Assembly: GCA_937863965.1 (NCBI GenBank)
Contig: CALMIQ010000086.1
Span: 1-38,128, forward strand
DNA: 38,128 nt
Direction: 5' to 3'
DNA from: an uncultured Micropruina sp.
GTDB taxonomy: Bacteria; Actinomycetota; Actinomycetes; Propionibacteriales; Propionibacteriaceae
A model generated the notes under the pieces. The model saw only the letters and a program-made list of their open reading frames with translations. It was not told the DNA's origin and made no database searches. How positions within the stretch are numbered: position 1 is the first letter of the stretch; each line of letters opens with the position of its first letter. The translations under genes and the position numbers were made by a program. This document shows positions 17,561-26,450 of this stretch, piece by piece.

Positions 17561-17989
17561 TCAGGCAGCCAGCGGGTTGATCCAGGTCAGGGTCGGGAAG
17601 CGGGCGAAGTCGGAATCCGCCGAGACCACCGGGACGCCGTGTTCGGTGGCGAGAGCCGCGAGTTGGCAGTCCGTCACCAAGTCGCTGCGGACGTCGTGGG
17701 TCGTCATCAGGTTGCCAAGGATGCGGAGCGTGCGCTGGCTCGTCGTCGGCACCCAGACGTTCGGCGCCCGGAGCCACGCATCAACCATCCCCCAAGCCTC
17801 GGCGGCCGTGAGTGAGCGCTGAAAGAGCCTGGGGTTGGTGGAAATGCGCAAGAATGCGCCGATTGTCTGCCACGGCAGACCGACGCGCTGGTTTCCTTCG
17901 AGCGCGTCCTGCAACCACGAAGTCGCTTTCCGATGGTGTGTTGACTCCAGATCCGCAGCGTAGAGCAGGATGTTGGCGTCAACCAGCAC
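17561..17989 (-). CDS. vapC: VapC PIN-domain ribonuclease toxin
   Basis: GTG 17989 after AAGGA. VLVDANILLYA...FLRISTNPR...TDCQLAALATEHG..VVSADSDFARFP.L.WINPL. Confidence 0.93.
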   Translation of the reverse strand: MLVDANILLYAADLESTHHRKATSWLQDALEGNQRVGLPWQTIGAFLRISTNPRLFQRSLTAAEAWGMVDAWLRAPNVWVPTTSQRTLRILGNLMTTHDVRSDLVTDCQLAALATEHGVPVVSADSDFARFPTLTWINPLAA

Positions 17990-18239
17990 GACGTGAGTCC
18001 TTCTGGCGGTCTGCGGCGTCGTACTCATCGAGCAGGTCCAGAACCCGGCCGACATTGGTGAGGTCGACATGCGCGCCCATGTTGTAGGACTTGTGTTCGT
18101 AGACGTAGGGCTCCGGCCGGACTCTGAGGCCGGCTCTGGCCAGTTCATTCACCGCCTCGGACAGCCCGAGGCCACGCTCCCGGCGAAGCCGTGCCACTTC
18201 GGCGGCGACATCGTCGGCGAGGTCGATCGTCGTTCTCAT
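17979..18239 (-). CDS. vapB: VapB ribbon-helix-helix antitoxin
   Basis: MRTTIDLADDVAAEVARLRRERGLGLSEAVNELARAGL; overlaps the vapC start. Confidence 0.9.
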   Translation of the reverse strand: MRTTIDLADDVAAEVARLRRERGLGLSEAVNELARAGLRVRPEPYVYEHKSYNMGAHVDLTNVGRVLDLLDEYDAADRQKDSRRAG

Positions 18240-18246
18240 GTTGTCG

Positions 18247-18279
18247 ACTCTAGCATCTTGATGCGTGCGCATCCGCATC
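18247..18279 (-). promoter_or_regulatory. vapBC promoter (extended -10 TGcTAGAGT, leaderless) with GCATC/GATGC inverted-repeat operator
   Basis: -10 at 18247-18252, 7 nt from the ATG. Palindromes GCATC-TT-GATGC (18253-18264) and GATGCG-TG-CGCATC (18260-18273). Confidence 0.6.
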
Positions 18280-18378
18280 TGTACGACACTTCGGCCGAGG
18301 CGGAGCGGGGGCTCGGTGCGGGCTCTACGTCAGAGTGGGTCCACCCGGCCAACACGGGCGTTCGGACGTCATGATGCG

Positions 18379-18406
18379 TTGCCCACGCGGGCAATCCGGT
18401 CTGCCC
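18379..18406 (+). promoter_or_regulatory. CIS box 4: TTGCCC-ACGC-GGGCAA followed by TGCCC, upstream of the sheath operon
   Basis: Perfect 6-bp arms. TGCCC at 18402. GAGGCT at 18451-18456. Confidence 0.65.
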
Positions 18407-18496
18407 CCGGATGCGTCCGTCCGGCCGTTTCGCCGTCCCCGCCCACGGATGAGGCTTGCGCGTGAAGCACGAGCCAACGAGCGAGGAGCTGCAGAG

Positions 18497-20050
18497 ATGC
18501 CGACCTACCAGTCTCCAGGGGTGTATGTCGAGGAAGTGGCCGCGGGCGCACGTCCGCTCGCCGGGGTGGGGACCGCGGTGGCCGCATTCGTCGGTCTGGC
18601 CGAGTCCGGACCGTTCAACCGTCCGACGCTGGTCAGCAACTGGACCCAGTTCACCACCACGTTCGGCGGGTTCCTCGCCGGAAGCTACCTGGCGCAATCG
18701 GTGTACGGGTACTTCATGAACGGCGGCGGCAACTGCTACGTCGTCCGGATCGGTGAGGAACCGGGAGCCGCCGAGCAGGCGCGTCCCAGCCGCACCAAGG
18801 CCCTGCCCGGCGCGCCGGCCGCGCAACTGGGCCGGCTGCGGGTGGCGTCGATCGACCCCGGCGTGCAGCCCGGCGAACTGACCGTCGAGATCGCGGACGC
18901 CGGCGGCGATTCCCCGAGCGAGGACATGTTCCGCCTGGTGGTGAAGCGCAACGGCGAGGTCGCCGAGGAATTCGACCGGGCCACCCTGGCGCGGGGCAAG
19001 CAGAACGTCGTGACGATGGTGAACGCGGCCTCGAAGCTGGTCAACGTCGAGGAGGCCACGCCCGGCCCGGTCGAACGGCCGGCGAACACCCAGACCACGC
19101 TGGTCGCCCCGCCGGCGCCGGCGGCCGCGGCGCCGGCCCGGCTCAGCGCCGACGACTACGTCGGCGACGTCGCCGAGCGCACCGGCTTCGCGGCGCTGGA
19201 GGCGATCGAAGAGGTCACCATGCTGTGCGTGCCCGACCTGATGAGCGCCTACCAGCAGGGCTCCATCGACCTGGACAGCGTCCAGGCGGTGCAGACCGCG
19301 ATGATCGCGCACTGCGAGTTGATGGGCGACCGGATCGCGATCCTCGACCCGCCGCCCGGCTTCAACGCCCAGCAGATCAAGGAGTGGCGGGTCGACAAGG
19401 CGCGCTACGACTCGATGTACGCGGTCTTGAACTGGCCGTGGATCCAGACCATGAACCCGCTCACGGGTTCGCTCGGCTACCTGCCGCCGTCCGGGCACAT
19501 CGCGGGCATCTGGGCCCGCAACGACGCCGAGCGGGGCGTGCACAAGGCCCCCGCCAACGAGGTGGTCCGGGGCGTGATCGACATCGAGATCAACATCACC
19601 CGCAACGAGCACGACCTGCTGAACCCCGAGGGGATCAACTGCATCCGGGCGTTCGCGGGCCGCGGCATCCGGTTGTGGGGGGCCCGGACGCTGTCGTCCG
19701 ACCCGGCGTGGCGCTACCTGAACGTGCGCCGGCTGTTCAACTACCTGGAGGAGTCGATCCTGAACGGCACCAACTGGGTGGTCTTCGAACCGAACGACGA
19801 GGCGCTGTGGGCCAAGATCCGGCGCACCATCGCGGCCTTCCTGGTGCAGGAGTGGCGCGCCGGGGCGTTGTTCGGCAGCACCCCCGACGAGGCGTTCTAC
19901 GTCAAGTGCGATGCCGAGACGAACCCGAGCGAGAGCATCGACGCCGGACAGGTGGTCTGCGAGATCGGGGTCGCCCCGGTGAAGCCGGCCGAGTTCGTGA
20001 TCTTCCGGCTCGCCCAGTTCTCCGGCGGCACCTCGCTGGTCAGCGAGTGA
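18497..20050 (+). CDS. Contractile tail sheath protein
   Basis: RBS GAGGAG. MPTYQSPGVYVEEV...HCELMGDRIAILDPPP...PPSGHIAG...RGVHKAPAN...GIRLWGARTLS...VRRLFNYLEESI...VAPVKPAEFVIFR. Confidence 0.97.
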   Translation: MPTYQSPGVYVEEVAAGARPLAGVGTAVAAFVGLAESGPFNRPTLVSNWTQFTTTFGGFLAGSYLAQSVYGYFMNGGGNCYVVRIGEEPGAAEQARPSRTKALPGAPAAQLGRLRVASIDPGVQPGELTVEIADAGGDSPSEDMFRLVVKRNGEVAEEFDRATLARGKQNVVTMVNAASKLVNVEEATPGPVERPANTQTTLVAPPAPAAAAPARLSADDYVGDVAERTGFAALEAIEEVTMLCVPDLMSAYQQGSIDLDSVQAVQTAMIAHCELMGDRIAILDPPPGFNAQQIKEWRVDKARYDSMYAVLNWPWIQTMNPLTGSLGYLPPSGHIAGIWARNDAERGVHKAPANEVVRGVIDIEINITRNEHDLLNPEGINCIRAFAGRGIRLWGARTLSSDPAWRYLNVRRLFNYLEESILNGTNWVVFEPNDEALWAKIRRTIAAFLVQEWRAGALFGSTPDEAFYVKCDAETNPSESIDAGQVVCEIGVAPVKPAEFVIFRLAQFSGGTSLVSE

Positions 20051-20080
20051 CGAAACCACACCCAGAGAGGCAGCACAGCA

Positions 20081-20524
20081 ATGGCACTTCCCGATGGCGA
20101 TAGCAGCGTCGGCCACTCCTTCGGACTGGAATTCGACGGCATCACGATCAAGGCGATCACCGAGGTCAGCGGCCTGAAGATGGAACAGGACGTGGTCGAG
20201 TACAAGGAGAACGGGCCCGACGGCAAGTACCAGATCCGGCGGCTGCCGGGCCGTCCGAAGGCGCCCGACATCACTCTCACCCGCGGCCTGACCGCCGACA
20301 CCAGCTTCGAGAAATGGATCAAGGACAGCCGCTTCGGCAAGATGGCGGACGTCCGCCGCGGCGGGGCGATCATCGTCTTCGACTTCGAGGGCAACGCGGT
20401 CAAGCGCTACAAGCTGACCAACGCCTGGCCCAAGAGCCTGGAGATCGGATCCCTCAAGGCCGGCGACACGTCGTACCTGTCCGAGAAGCTGGTGCTCACC
20501 TGCGAGAGCATCGAGGTCGAGTGA
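20081..20524 (+). CDS. CIS inner tube protein (T4 gp19-like)
   Basis: FGLEFDG...EVSGLKMEQDVVEYKE...LPGRPK..DITLTRG...YKLTNAWPKSLE; follows the sheath gene. Confidence 0.95.
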   Translation: MALPDGDSSVGHSFGLEFDGITIKAITEVSGLKMEQDVVEYKENGPDGKYQIRRLPGRPKAPDITLTRGLTADTSFEKWIKDSRFGKMADVRRGGAIIVFDFEGNAVKRYKLTNAWPKSLEIGSLKAGDTSYLSEKLVLTCESIEVE

Positions 20525-20970
20525 TGCGCAGGGGCTCACTGGTCGACCTGTTGCCGAGGGGTCCGGCCGACGACGCCGAGCCGGCGCAGGCCGGCCCGGA
20601 GCCCCTGATCACCGAGTTCGGTTTCGTGCTGCCCCGCGGCTACGTGGACGCCGCGGGCGCGGTGCACCGCGACGGCGTGATGCGGCTGGCCACCGCCCGG
20701 GACGAGCTGATCCCGCTGCGGGACGACCGGGTGCGTGAGAACGCGGCCTACCTGACCGTCGTCCTGCTGGCCCGCGTGGTCACCCGGATCGGCGCGGTCA
20801 CCGACGTCCATGCCGGCGTGATCGAGAACCTGTTCGCCGCCGACCTGGCGTTCCTGCAGGACCTCTACCGGCGGGTGAACACCGAGGGGCACACCCGCGC
20901 CGCGGTGACCTGCCCGGCCTGTCAGCACCGCTTCGCGGTCGACGTCTCCGGGGGCCGCCTGGGGGAATAG
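20524..20970 (+). CDS. Tail assembly chaperone-like CIS protein with C-terminal CxxC, 148 aa
   Basis: ATG overlaps the tube stop (TGATG). TEFGFVLPRGYVD..G..HRDGVMRLATARDE...IENLFAADLAFLQDLY...CPAC. Ends CTG GGG GAA TAG. Confidence 0.8.
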   Translation: MRRGSLVDLLPRGPADDAEPAQAGPEPLITEFGFVLPRGYVDAAGAVHRDGVMRLATARDELIPLRDDRVRENAAYLTVVLLARVVTRIGAVTDVHAGVIENLFAADLAFLQDLYRRVNTEGHTRAAVTCPACQHRFAVDVSGGRLGE

Positions 20971-21125
20971 CGACGTACGCGCCCGAACGGCTCTACGCCG
21001 AGGTCGCGTACCTCGCCTACTACCTGCACTGGTCCCGGGACGACCTGCTCGACCTCGAGCATGCCGAGCGGCAGCGCTTCGTCGCCGAGGTGGCGGCGCT
21101 GAACACCCGCATCCAGGAGTCCTGA
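20967..21125 (+). CDS. DUF6760-like short ORF with no canonical start codon; probable -1 frameshift extension of the chaperone
   Basis: Not in the ORF track. Hand translation: IATYAPERLYAEVAYLAYYLHWSRDDLLDLEHAERQRFVAEVAALNTRIQES*. It is in the -1 frame relative to the upstream ORF and has high GC3. Confidence 0.8.
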   Translation: MATYAPERLYAEVAYLAYYLHWSRDDLLDLEHAERQRFVAEVAALNTRIQES

Positions 21126-21161
21126 GCAACGGAGTCCCCAAGGTTGGGAGGAGGTGACGAG

Positions 21162-23303
21162 ATGGCCTGGTGGGAGCGGCCCCTGGCGAGGCTCCGGGGC
21201 GACCGGACGCCGAGCGCCCCGACCGGCACGGCGCCGGCGGTGGCGTCCGTTCCCGCGCCGGGGGAGTGGAACGACGTCCCCCGGCTGCAGCGGGTGCTGG
21301 CCGACCCGATCGCCCCGGTCGCCATCAACGACGACTTCCGCGACTCGCTGGCCTCCTTCGGCGACCCCAGCCTGCTCGCACCGCTGAGCCATCGCGTGGA
21401 TCCGTCGGTCGGCGGCCTGGTCGAGGGACTCGCGGCACCCGGCCGGCCACACCTCCATGACGGCCCCGACCTCGTCGTTCCGCGCAGCGCCCCCGCCGCG
21501 CCCACGGTGCAGCGGCGAACCACCTGGGGTGCGGACGCCACCGAGTTGGCCGTCGTCCCCCTGGAGTACCGGCACCCGGTCGCCCGCGCGACGGAGGAAC
21601 CCAGCCGGCCGGTCAACGAATCCGCGGCCGCCGAGTCCGCTCATCCGGACGACGAGCCGGTCGGGACCGGGGTCACCGAGCCGGCGACCACGGCTCCGGA
21701 GCGGGCCGAGGCCGACGCCGCCGAGCCGGATGCGCCGCTCGTGACGGAGGCCGCGCCGGCTCCGGTCGCCGCCCAGGCCGCCGAACCGGCGGGCGGCCCG
21801 GCGTCGTCCCACCTGCCGGTGCTGCACCGGCACGCCGAGGCGTCCGTGACCGGCCCGACCGCGGTGCAGCGGACGGTCGTTCCCGAGGGTTCGCGGGCGC
21901 CGACGCCGGCGGAGGTCGCGACCGGTCCCGCCGCCGCGCCGGGCCCCGGGCCGCGGCAGGAGCAGCCGTCCGTGCAGCGGCTGGCCGAGCCCCGCCACGC
22001 GGCCTTGCCGGTGGTTTCCGGCGGTGAGACCCGGGGTCCGTCCCCGGCCGCTCGGGCGGACGTCGTGCCGCCGGTGATCCCGGCCGCCACGCCGAGTCCA
22101 TCGACCCGCGCCCCGGTGGTCCAGCGCATCGGCGCGCCGGCGTCCGAGGTGCCGGCGGTGACCGCCGCGGTGTCGACCCAGCGCGCGCCCGACGAGGCGG
22201 ACGCCGTGGCGCCGGGCGAACCCGGGTTCACCGAGGTGCCGCTGGTCGTCGCCCACGCCTCCGGCGGCCCGGACGCCGAGGCGGCGTGGCCGGGGACGCC
22301 GGACGCCTCCGACGACGCGAGCCGGCCCCTGCTCGGGGAGCACGCCGAGTCGCAGGACGGGCCCTTGCCGGCGAGTCAGCCGGTCGTGCAGAGCCTGTCG
22401 GCGGCTCGTGACCTGCCCGTGGCGACGCACCCGCCGGCTCCGCGGACCACCCCGGACGCCCCGGTCGTGCAACGGCTCCCGGTGAGTTCGCCGCCGGCCG
22501 AGATCGGGTCGGCCGCGACCGGGGCGGGTGCGGGCGGCACCATCCCCGGAAGCCCCCCGGACGCCGCGCAGCGGGATCGGCCGCTCCCGCTGCGGGCGCC
22601 GGTCGTGCAGCGGCTGAGCACCGAGATCCTGGGGCGGGCCCGGGACGACGGGCCGACCGCGGGCGGGTCATCGACCCCAACCCCGCTGCCGGTCGCAACC
22701 GAGCCGGCGGGACGTCCCGGACGGGCCGACCCGGCGGACGCGCCGGCTGCCGAGCGGTTCCTTCCGCCCGCCGCCTTCGCGCCGCCGATCGCCGCCGTCC
22801 AGCGCCGCACCCCCGGCACGCCTCCGGACCCGCACACGGCGACCGCGGCGCCCAGGCCGTCCGCAACCCCGGCGCCCGGCGTGCAGCGGGTCACCGCCGA
22901 ACCGCCCGCGGCCCCGCAGCCCCAGCCGCCGCTGATGCTGGTCCGGTCCCCGTCCGCCCGGGCGGCCGGAACCGGGCCGGCGCTCGGCGAGGGCATGTCG
23001 TTCGCGGCCATGTTCGCCGGCTTCGCCGCCGAGAGTTCCGAGTCCGGGTACGGCGGGACGGACGTCCAGCGGCAGACGGCCGAGGCGGAACCCCCGGCCG
23101 AGCCGGCCGTGCCCGCCCCATCGGAACCGGCCGCCGCGCCCGGTGCGCCGGCGGCGGCCGGGACCGCCGGCGCGGTCGCCGCGGCGGGCGGCGGCAACAT
23201 CGACGAGCTGGCCAGGCGACTGTACGAACCGCTCGCGGCGCGGCTGCGCGAGGAGCTGTGGCTCGACCGCGAGCGGGCCGGATGGATGACCGAGCTGGCA
23301 TGA
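21162..23303 (+). CDS. Pro/Ala-rich low-complexity CIS protein with nine VQR motifs and a helical C-terminus
   Basis: RBS GGAGGAGG. Starts MAWWERPL; ends IDELARRLYEPLAARLREELWLDRERAG. Confidence 0.8.
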   Translation: MAWWERPLARLRGDRTPSAPTGTAPAVASVPAPGEWNDVPRLQRVLADPIAPVAINDDFRDSLASFGDPSLLAPLSHRVDPSVGGLVEGLAAPGRPHLHDGPDLVVPRSAPAAPTVQRRTTWGADATELAVVPLEYRHPVARATEEPSRPVNESAAAESAHPDDEPVGTGVTEPATTAPERAEADAAEPDAPLVTEAAPAPVAAQAAEPAGGPASSHLPVLHRHAEASVTGPTAVQRTVVPEGSRAPTPAEVATGPAAAPGPGPRQEQPSVQRLAEPRHAALPVVSGGETRGPSPAARADVVPPVIPAATPSPSTRAPVVQRIGAPASEVPAVTAAVSTQRAPDEADAVAPGEPGFTEVPLVVAHASGGPDAEAAWPGTPDASDDASRPLLGEHAESQDGPLPASQPVVQSLSAARDLPVATHPPAPRTTPDAPVVQRLPVSSPPAEIGSAATGAGAGGTIPGSPPDAAQRDRPLPLRAPVVQRLSTEILGRARDDGPTAGGSSTPTPLPVATEPAGRPGRADPADAPAAERFLPPAAFAPPIAAVQRRTPGTPPDPHTATAAPRPSATPAPGVQRVTAEPPAAPQPQPPLMLVRSPSARAAGTGPALGEGMSFAAMFAGFAAESSESGYGGTDVQRQTAEAEPPAEPAVPAPSEPAAAPGAPAAAGTAGAVAAAGGGNIDELARRLYEPLAARLREELWLDRERAGWMTELA

Positions 23304-23325
23304 CCGGACTGGGAGGAAGGTGATC

Positions 23326-23769
23326 GTGGCCGACAACAAGGATCCGGCCGTCAGCGTCTGCTTCAGCGTGACGATCGACGACAACGAGATCGGTGCCTTC
23401 AACACCTGTGAGGGCCTCGGGCTCGAGGTCGTCATCGAGCAGCGCGAAGAGGGCGGCAACAACGGCTTCGTCTGGCAGCTGCCCACCCGGGTGAAGTACA
23501 GCAACGTGAAGCTCAGCCGCCCGGTCTGCCGGGACAGCGCGAAGTTGACCGCCTGGCTGTGCAGCTTCGCGTCCGGCGTCCGGCGTCAGACCGCGACCAT
23601 CACCGCGATGACCGGCGACCGGGAGGTCGTCGCGGTGTGGAACCTGGACGGCGTCATCCCGGTCCGCTGGAGCGGGCCGAGCCTCAACCCGGACAGCCCG
23701 AAGGTCGCGATGGAGACGGTGGAACTGGCCCATCACGGCTTCCTGCCCAAGGGCGCCGGCGGCGCCTGA
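23326..23769 (+). CDS. Second tube-fold protein (gp19-like)
   Basis: FSVTID..IGAFNTCEGLGLEV..EQREEGGNN...LPTRVKYSNVKLSRP...W...PVRWSGPSL. The start could also be GTG 23320. Confidence 0.92.
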   Translation: MADNKDPAVSVCFSVTIDDNEIGAFNTCEGLGLEVVIEQREEGGNNGFVWQLPTRVKYSNVKLSRPVCRDSAKLTAWLCSFASGVRRQTATITAMTGDREVVAVWNLDGVIPVRWSGPSLNPDSPKVAMETVELAHHGFLPKGAGGA

Positions 23770-23789
23770 GGCCGAGCGGAGGAACGAAC

Positions 23790-24605
23790 ATGACCGGCAC
23801 ATCCATTGCGCTGATGACCTCGGCGGCGATGGCCGACGTCACCCAGCCGGGCGACAAGACTCCCGGCGGCGGCGCCCCGGTGAAGGGCCGGCCGCGGATG
23901 GACAAGGCACAGCTGACCATCTACGACCCGTCCTCGGGCGGCTCGGCGGGCGCCAAGCGCGGCGCGCTGCCGTTCCAGTTCAACCCCAAAGAGGTGACGA
24001 TCACCAAGTCGGCCAAGTGGGAGCGGAAGCCGGCCAAGGGCGCCAAGAAGGCCGGCCCGCCCGAGTTCAACGGCTCGGAGCCGGCCAAGATGACGCTGGA
24101 GATGTTCTTCGACGCCACCGCGGCCCAGGACGGGTCGGTGGTCAAGGCGGTCGAGACGCTGATGTCGTGCTGCGTGCCGACCGCCGAGAGCATCGCGCAG
24201 AAGAAGCCGTCCCCGCCGCTGGTGGTGCTGCACTGGGGCTCGACGGCCAGCTTCCCGGCGTTCATCACCTCGGTGAGCGCGAAGCTCACCCTGTTCAGCG
24301 CCGACGGGACGCCGATCCGAGCGGTCTGCTCGGTGCAGCTCGAGGAGATGCCGGGCGAGGAGTTCCGCAAGCAGAACCCGACCTCGGGCAGCTACGAGGT
24401 GCGCCGGGTGCATCGCACCGTGGCCGGCGACTCACTGGCCTCGGTCGCCTTCGCCGAGTACGGCGATCCGACGGCCTGGCGGGCGCTGGCCCGCTTCAAC
24501 GCCATCGACGACCCGCTGCGGGTGCCGGCCGGCACCCTGTTGCTGCTGCCCAGCCCCGAGGAGCTGGCGCAGTCCGAGGGCGCCCGATCCGGGGGGGTCC
24601 GATGA
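23790..24605 (+). CDS. CIS tube initiator / LysM protein (Afp7-like)
   Basis: RBS GGAGG. FQFNPKE...LEMFFD...PPLVVLHWG...PIRA; LysM GDSLASVAFAEYGDPTAWRALARFN.IDDP. Confidence 0.9.
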   Translation: MTGTSIALMTSAAMADVTQPGDKTPGGGAPVKGRPRMDKAQLTIYDPSSGGSAGAKRGALPFQFNPKEVTITKSAKWERKPAKGAKKAGPPEFNGSEPAKMTLEMFFDATAAQDGSVVKAVETLMSCCVPTAESIAQKKPSPPLVVLHWGSTASFPAFITSVSAKLTLFSADGTPIRAVCSVQLEEMPGEEFRKQNPTSGSYEVRRVHRTVAGDSLASVAFAEYGDPTAWRALARFNAIDDPLRVPAGTLLLLPSPEELAQSEGARSGGVR

Positions 24606-26416
24606 CCAGCATCACCAGCACCTGCCTGGTCGAACTCGACGGCAAGCCGCTCCCGGCCGAGACGGCACCGCTGCTGATCGCCGCCTACGTGGACGACAGC
24701 CAGCAGCTGCCCGACGCGTTCGTGCTGCGCTTCCGCGACCCCAACCGCCAGGTGCTCGGCCAGCTCGGCGTCCAGGTCGGATCGTCGGCGAAGATCAGCG
24801 TGCAGGTCGCCGACGGCGCCCAGCCGGTCGTCCTGATCCAGGGCGAGATCACCGCGCTGGAGGCCGAATTCGACCAGGGCGGCACCTTCACCGTGATCCG
24901 CGGCTACGACCAGCTGCACCGCTTCTTCCGCGGCCGGGTGACCGCCAGCTACCTGCAGGCGACGGCGTCCGACATCGCCATGGCGATCGCCCAGCGGGCC
25001 GGCCTGCGGGTCGGCGAGGTGGCCTCCACCACCACCGTCTACGACCACTACAGCCAGGCCGGCCAGACCGACTGGGAGATCCTGTCCGCGCTCGGCCGGG
25101 CGAACGACCTCGAGGTGTCGGTGCGGGACGGGGTGTTCGGCTTCACCAAGCCGGTCGACGCCAGCGCGGCCCCGTCCGCCGGCGGCACCGCCAGCAGCCA
25201 GCCGCTGGTGCTGACCCTGGGCAAGGACCTGCTCCGGTTCCGTGCCGTGCTGACCTCGGCCGCCCAGGTGGACACCGTGGAGGTCCGTGGCTGGGACGTC
25301 GCCACCAAGACCGCGCTGCGGGCCAGCAAGCCGGCGCAGACCCAGCGGATCGAACTGCCCGCCGTCACCCCGGGGCAGCTGGCGAAGGCGTTCGGCGGCC
25401 CCGCCTACGTGGCGACCGACGTCCCCTACCGGGCCCAGGCCGAGGTGGACGAGGCCGCCCGGGTGCTCGCCGACGAACTGGCCAGCTCGTTCGCCGAGTT
25501 CGAGGGGACCGCGCGCGGCCGGCCCGAGCTGCGGGCCGGCGTGGCCATCTCCATCGACGGGCTCGGCGCCCCGTTCGACGGGAAGTACACGATCACCACG
25601 TCACGGCACCGCTTCGACCCGCAGACCGGCTACACCACGTCCTTCGCCGTGACCGGACGCCGGGACCGGACGATGCTGGGCCTCACCGGCGGCGGCGGGG
25701 TGCGCCGGGTCCCCACCGGGATCGCCATCGGCCAGGTCTCGGACGCCAGCGACCCGCAGCAGGCCGGCCGGGTGCGGCTCACCTTCCCCTGGCTCTCCGA
25801 CGACTACGTCAGCGACTGGGCGCGCACCGTCCAACCGGGGGCCGGCAAGGACCGCGGCACCGAACTGCTGCCCGAGGTCGGCGACGAGGTGCTGGTCGCC
25901 TTCGAGCAGGGCGACGTCAACCGTCCGGTGGTCATCGGCGGGCTGTTCAACGGGGTGGACACCATGCCGCGCGGCCCCGTCGACCTCGTCGACGGCGGCA
26001 CCGGGCAGGTCAACCGGCGGTCGCTGGTCTCCCGTGCCGGCCACCGGCTCGACCTGGTGGACGCCTCCGGCTCCGAGGGGATCCGGGCCACCACCACCGG
26101 CGACAAGCTCACCCTGGTGATGGACCACAGCGGCGCGAAGATCACGCTGCACGCCGACGGCAAGGTGGTGATCGAGGGCACCCAGGGCATCACCATCGAC
26201 TCCGCGAGCGCCGACCTCGACCTGAAGGGCAACAAGATCTCGCTCTCGGCGTCGGCCGGGGTGAGCGTCGACGGCGGCGGTGGCGCGGTGGACGTCAAGG
26301 CCGGCTCGTCGCTGAGCCTGACCGGGGTCAACGCGAAGCTCGAGGGCAGCGGCACGACCGAGGTGAAAGGGGGCTCGCTGTGCAACATCCAGGCCGGGCT
26401 GATCAAGCTCAACTGA
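24602..26416 (+). CDS. vgrG: VgrG-like spike (gp27 hub plus gp5 OB-fold/beta-helix)
   Basis: QAGQTDWEIL, VEVRGWD, DPQQAGRVRLTFPWL..SDWAR, LPEVGDEVLVAFEQGD..RPVVIGGLFNG. No effector extension. Confidence 0.93.
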   Translation: MTSITSTCLVELDGKPLPAETAPLLIAAYVDDSQQLPDAFVLRFRDPNRQVLGQLGVQVGSSAKISVQVADGAQPVVLIQGEITALEAEFDQGGTFTVIRGYDQLHRFFRGRVTASYLQATASDIAMAIAQRAGLRVGEVASTTTVYDHYSQAGQTDWEILSALGRANDLEVSVRDGVFGFTKPVDASAAPSAGGTASSQPLVLTLGKDLLRFRAVLTSAAQVDTVEVRGWDVATKTALRASKPAQTQRIELPAVTPGQLAKAFGGPAYVATDVPYRAQAEVDEAARVLADELASSFAEFEGTARGRPELRAGVAISIDGLGAPFDGKYTITTSRHRFDPQTGYTTSFAVTGRRDRTMLGLTGGGGVRRVPTGIAIGQVSDASDPQQAGRVRLTFPWLSDDYVSDWARTVQPGAGKDRGTELLPEVGDEVLVAFEQGDVNRPVVIGGLFNGVDTMPRGPVDLVDGGTGQVNRRSLVSRAGHRLDLVDASGSEGIRATTTGDKLTLVMDHSGAKITLHADGKVVIEGTQGITIDSASADLDLKGNKISLSASAGVSVDGGGGAVDVKAGSSLSLTGVNAKLEGSGTTEVKGGSLCNIQAGLIKLN

Positions 26417-26450
26417 CCGCGGCCGCGCCGCGGGGACGGGGGTGGTCCTG

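Noticed and set aside
17561-18239. vapB/vapC as the immunity gene for the upstream toxin-like protein
   Set aside because: Opposite strand, and a self-contained type II TA pair with its own promoter and operator.
20967-21125. DUF6760-like ORF as a pseudogene that lost its start codon
   Set aside because: Intact frame, normal codon bias and a slippery heptamer in the right phase favour a programmed frameshift, although this is unproven.
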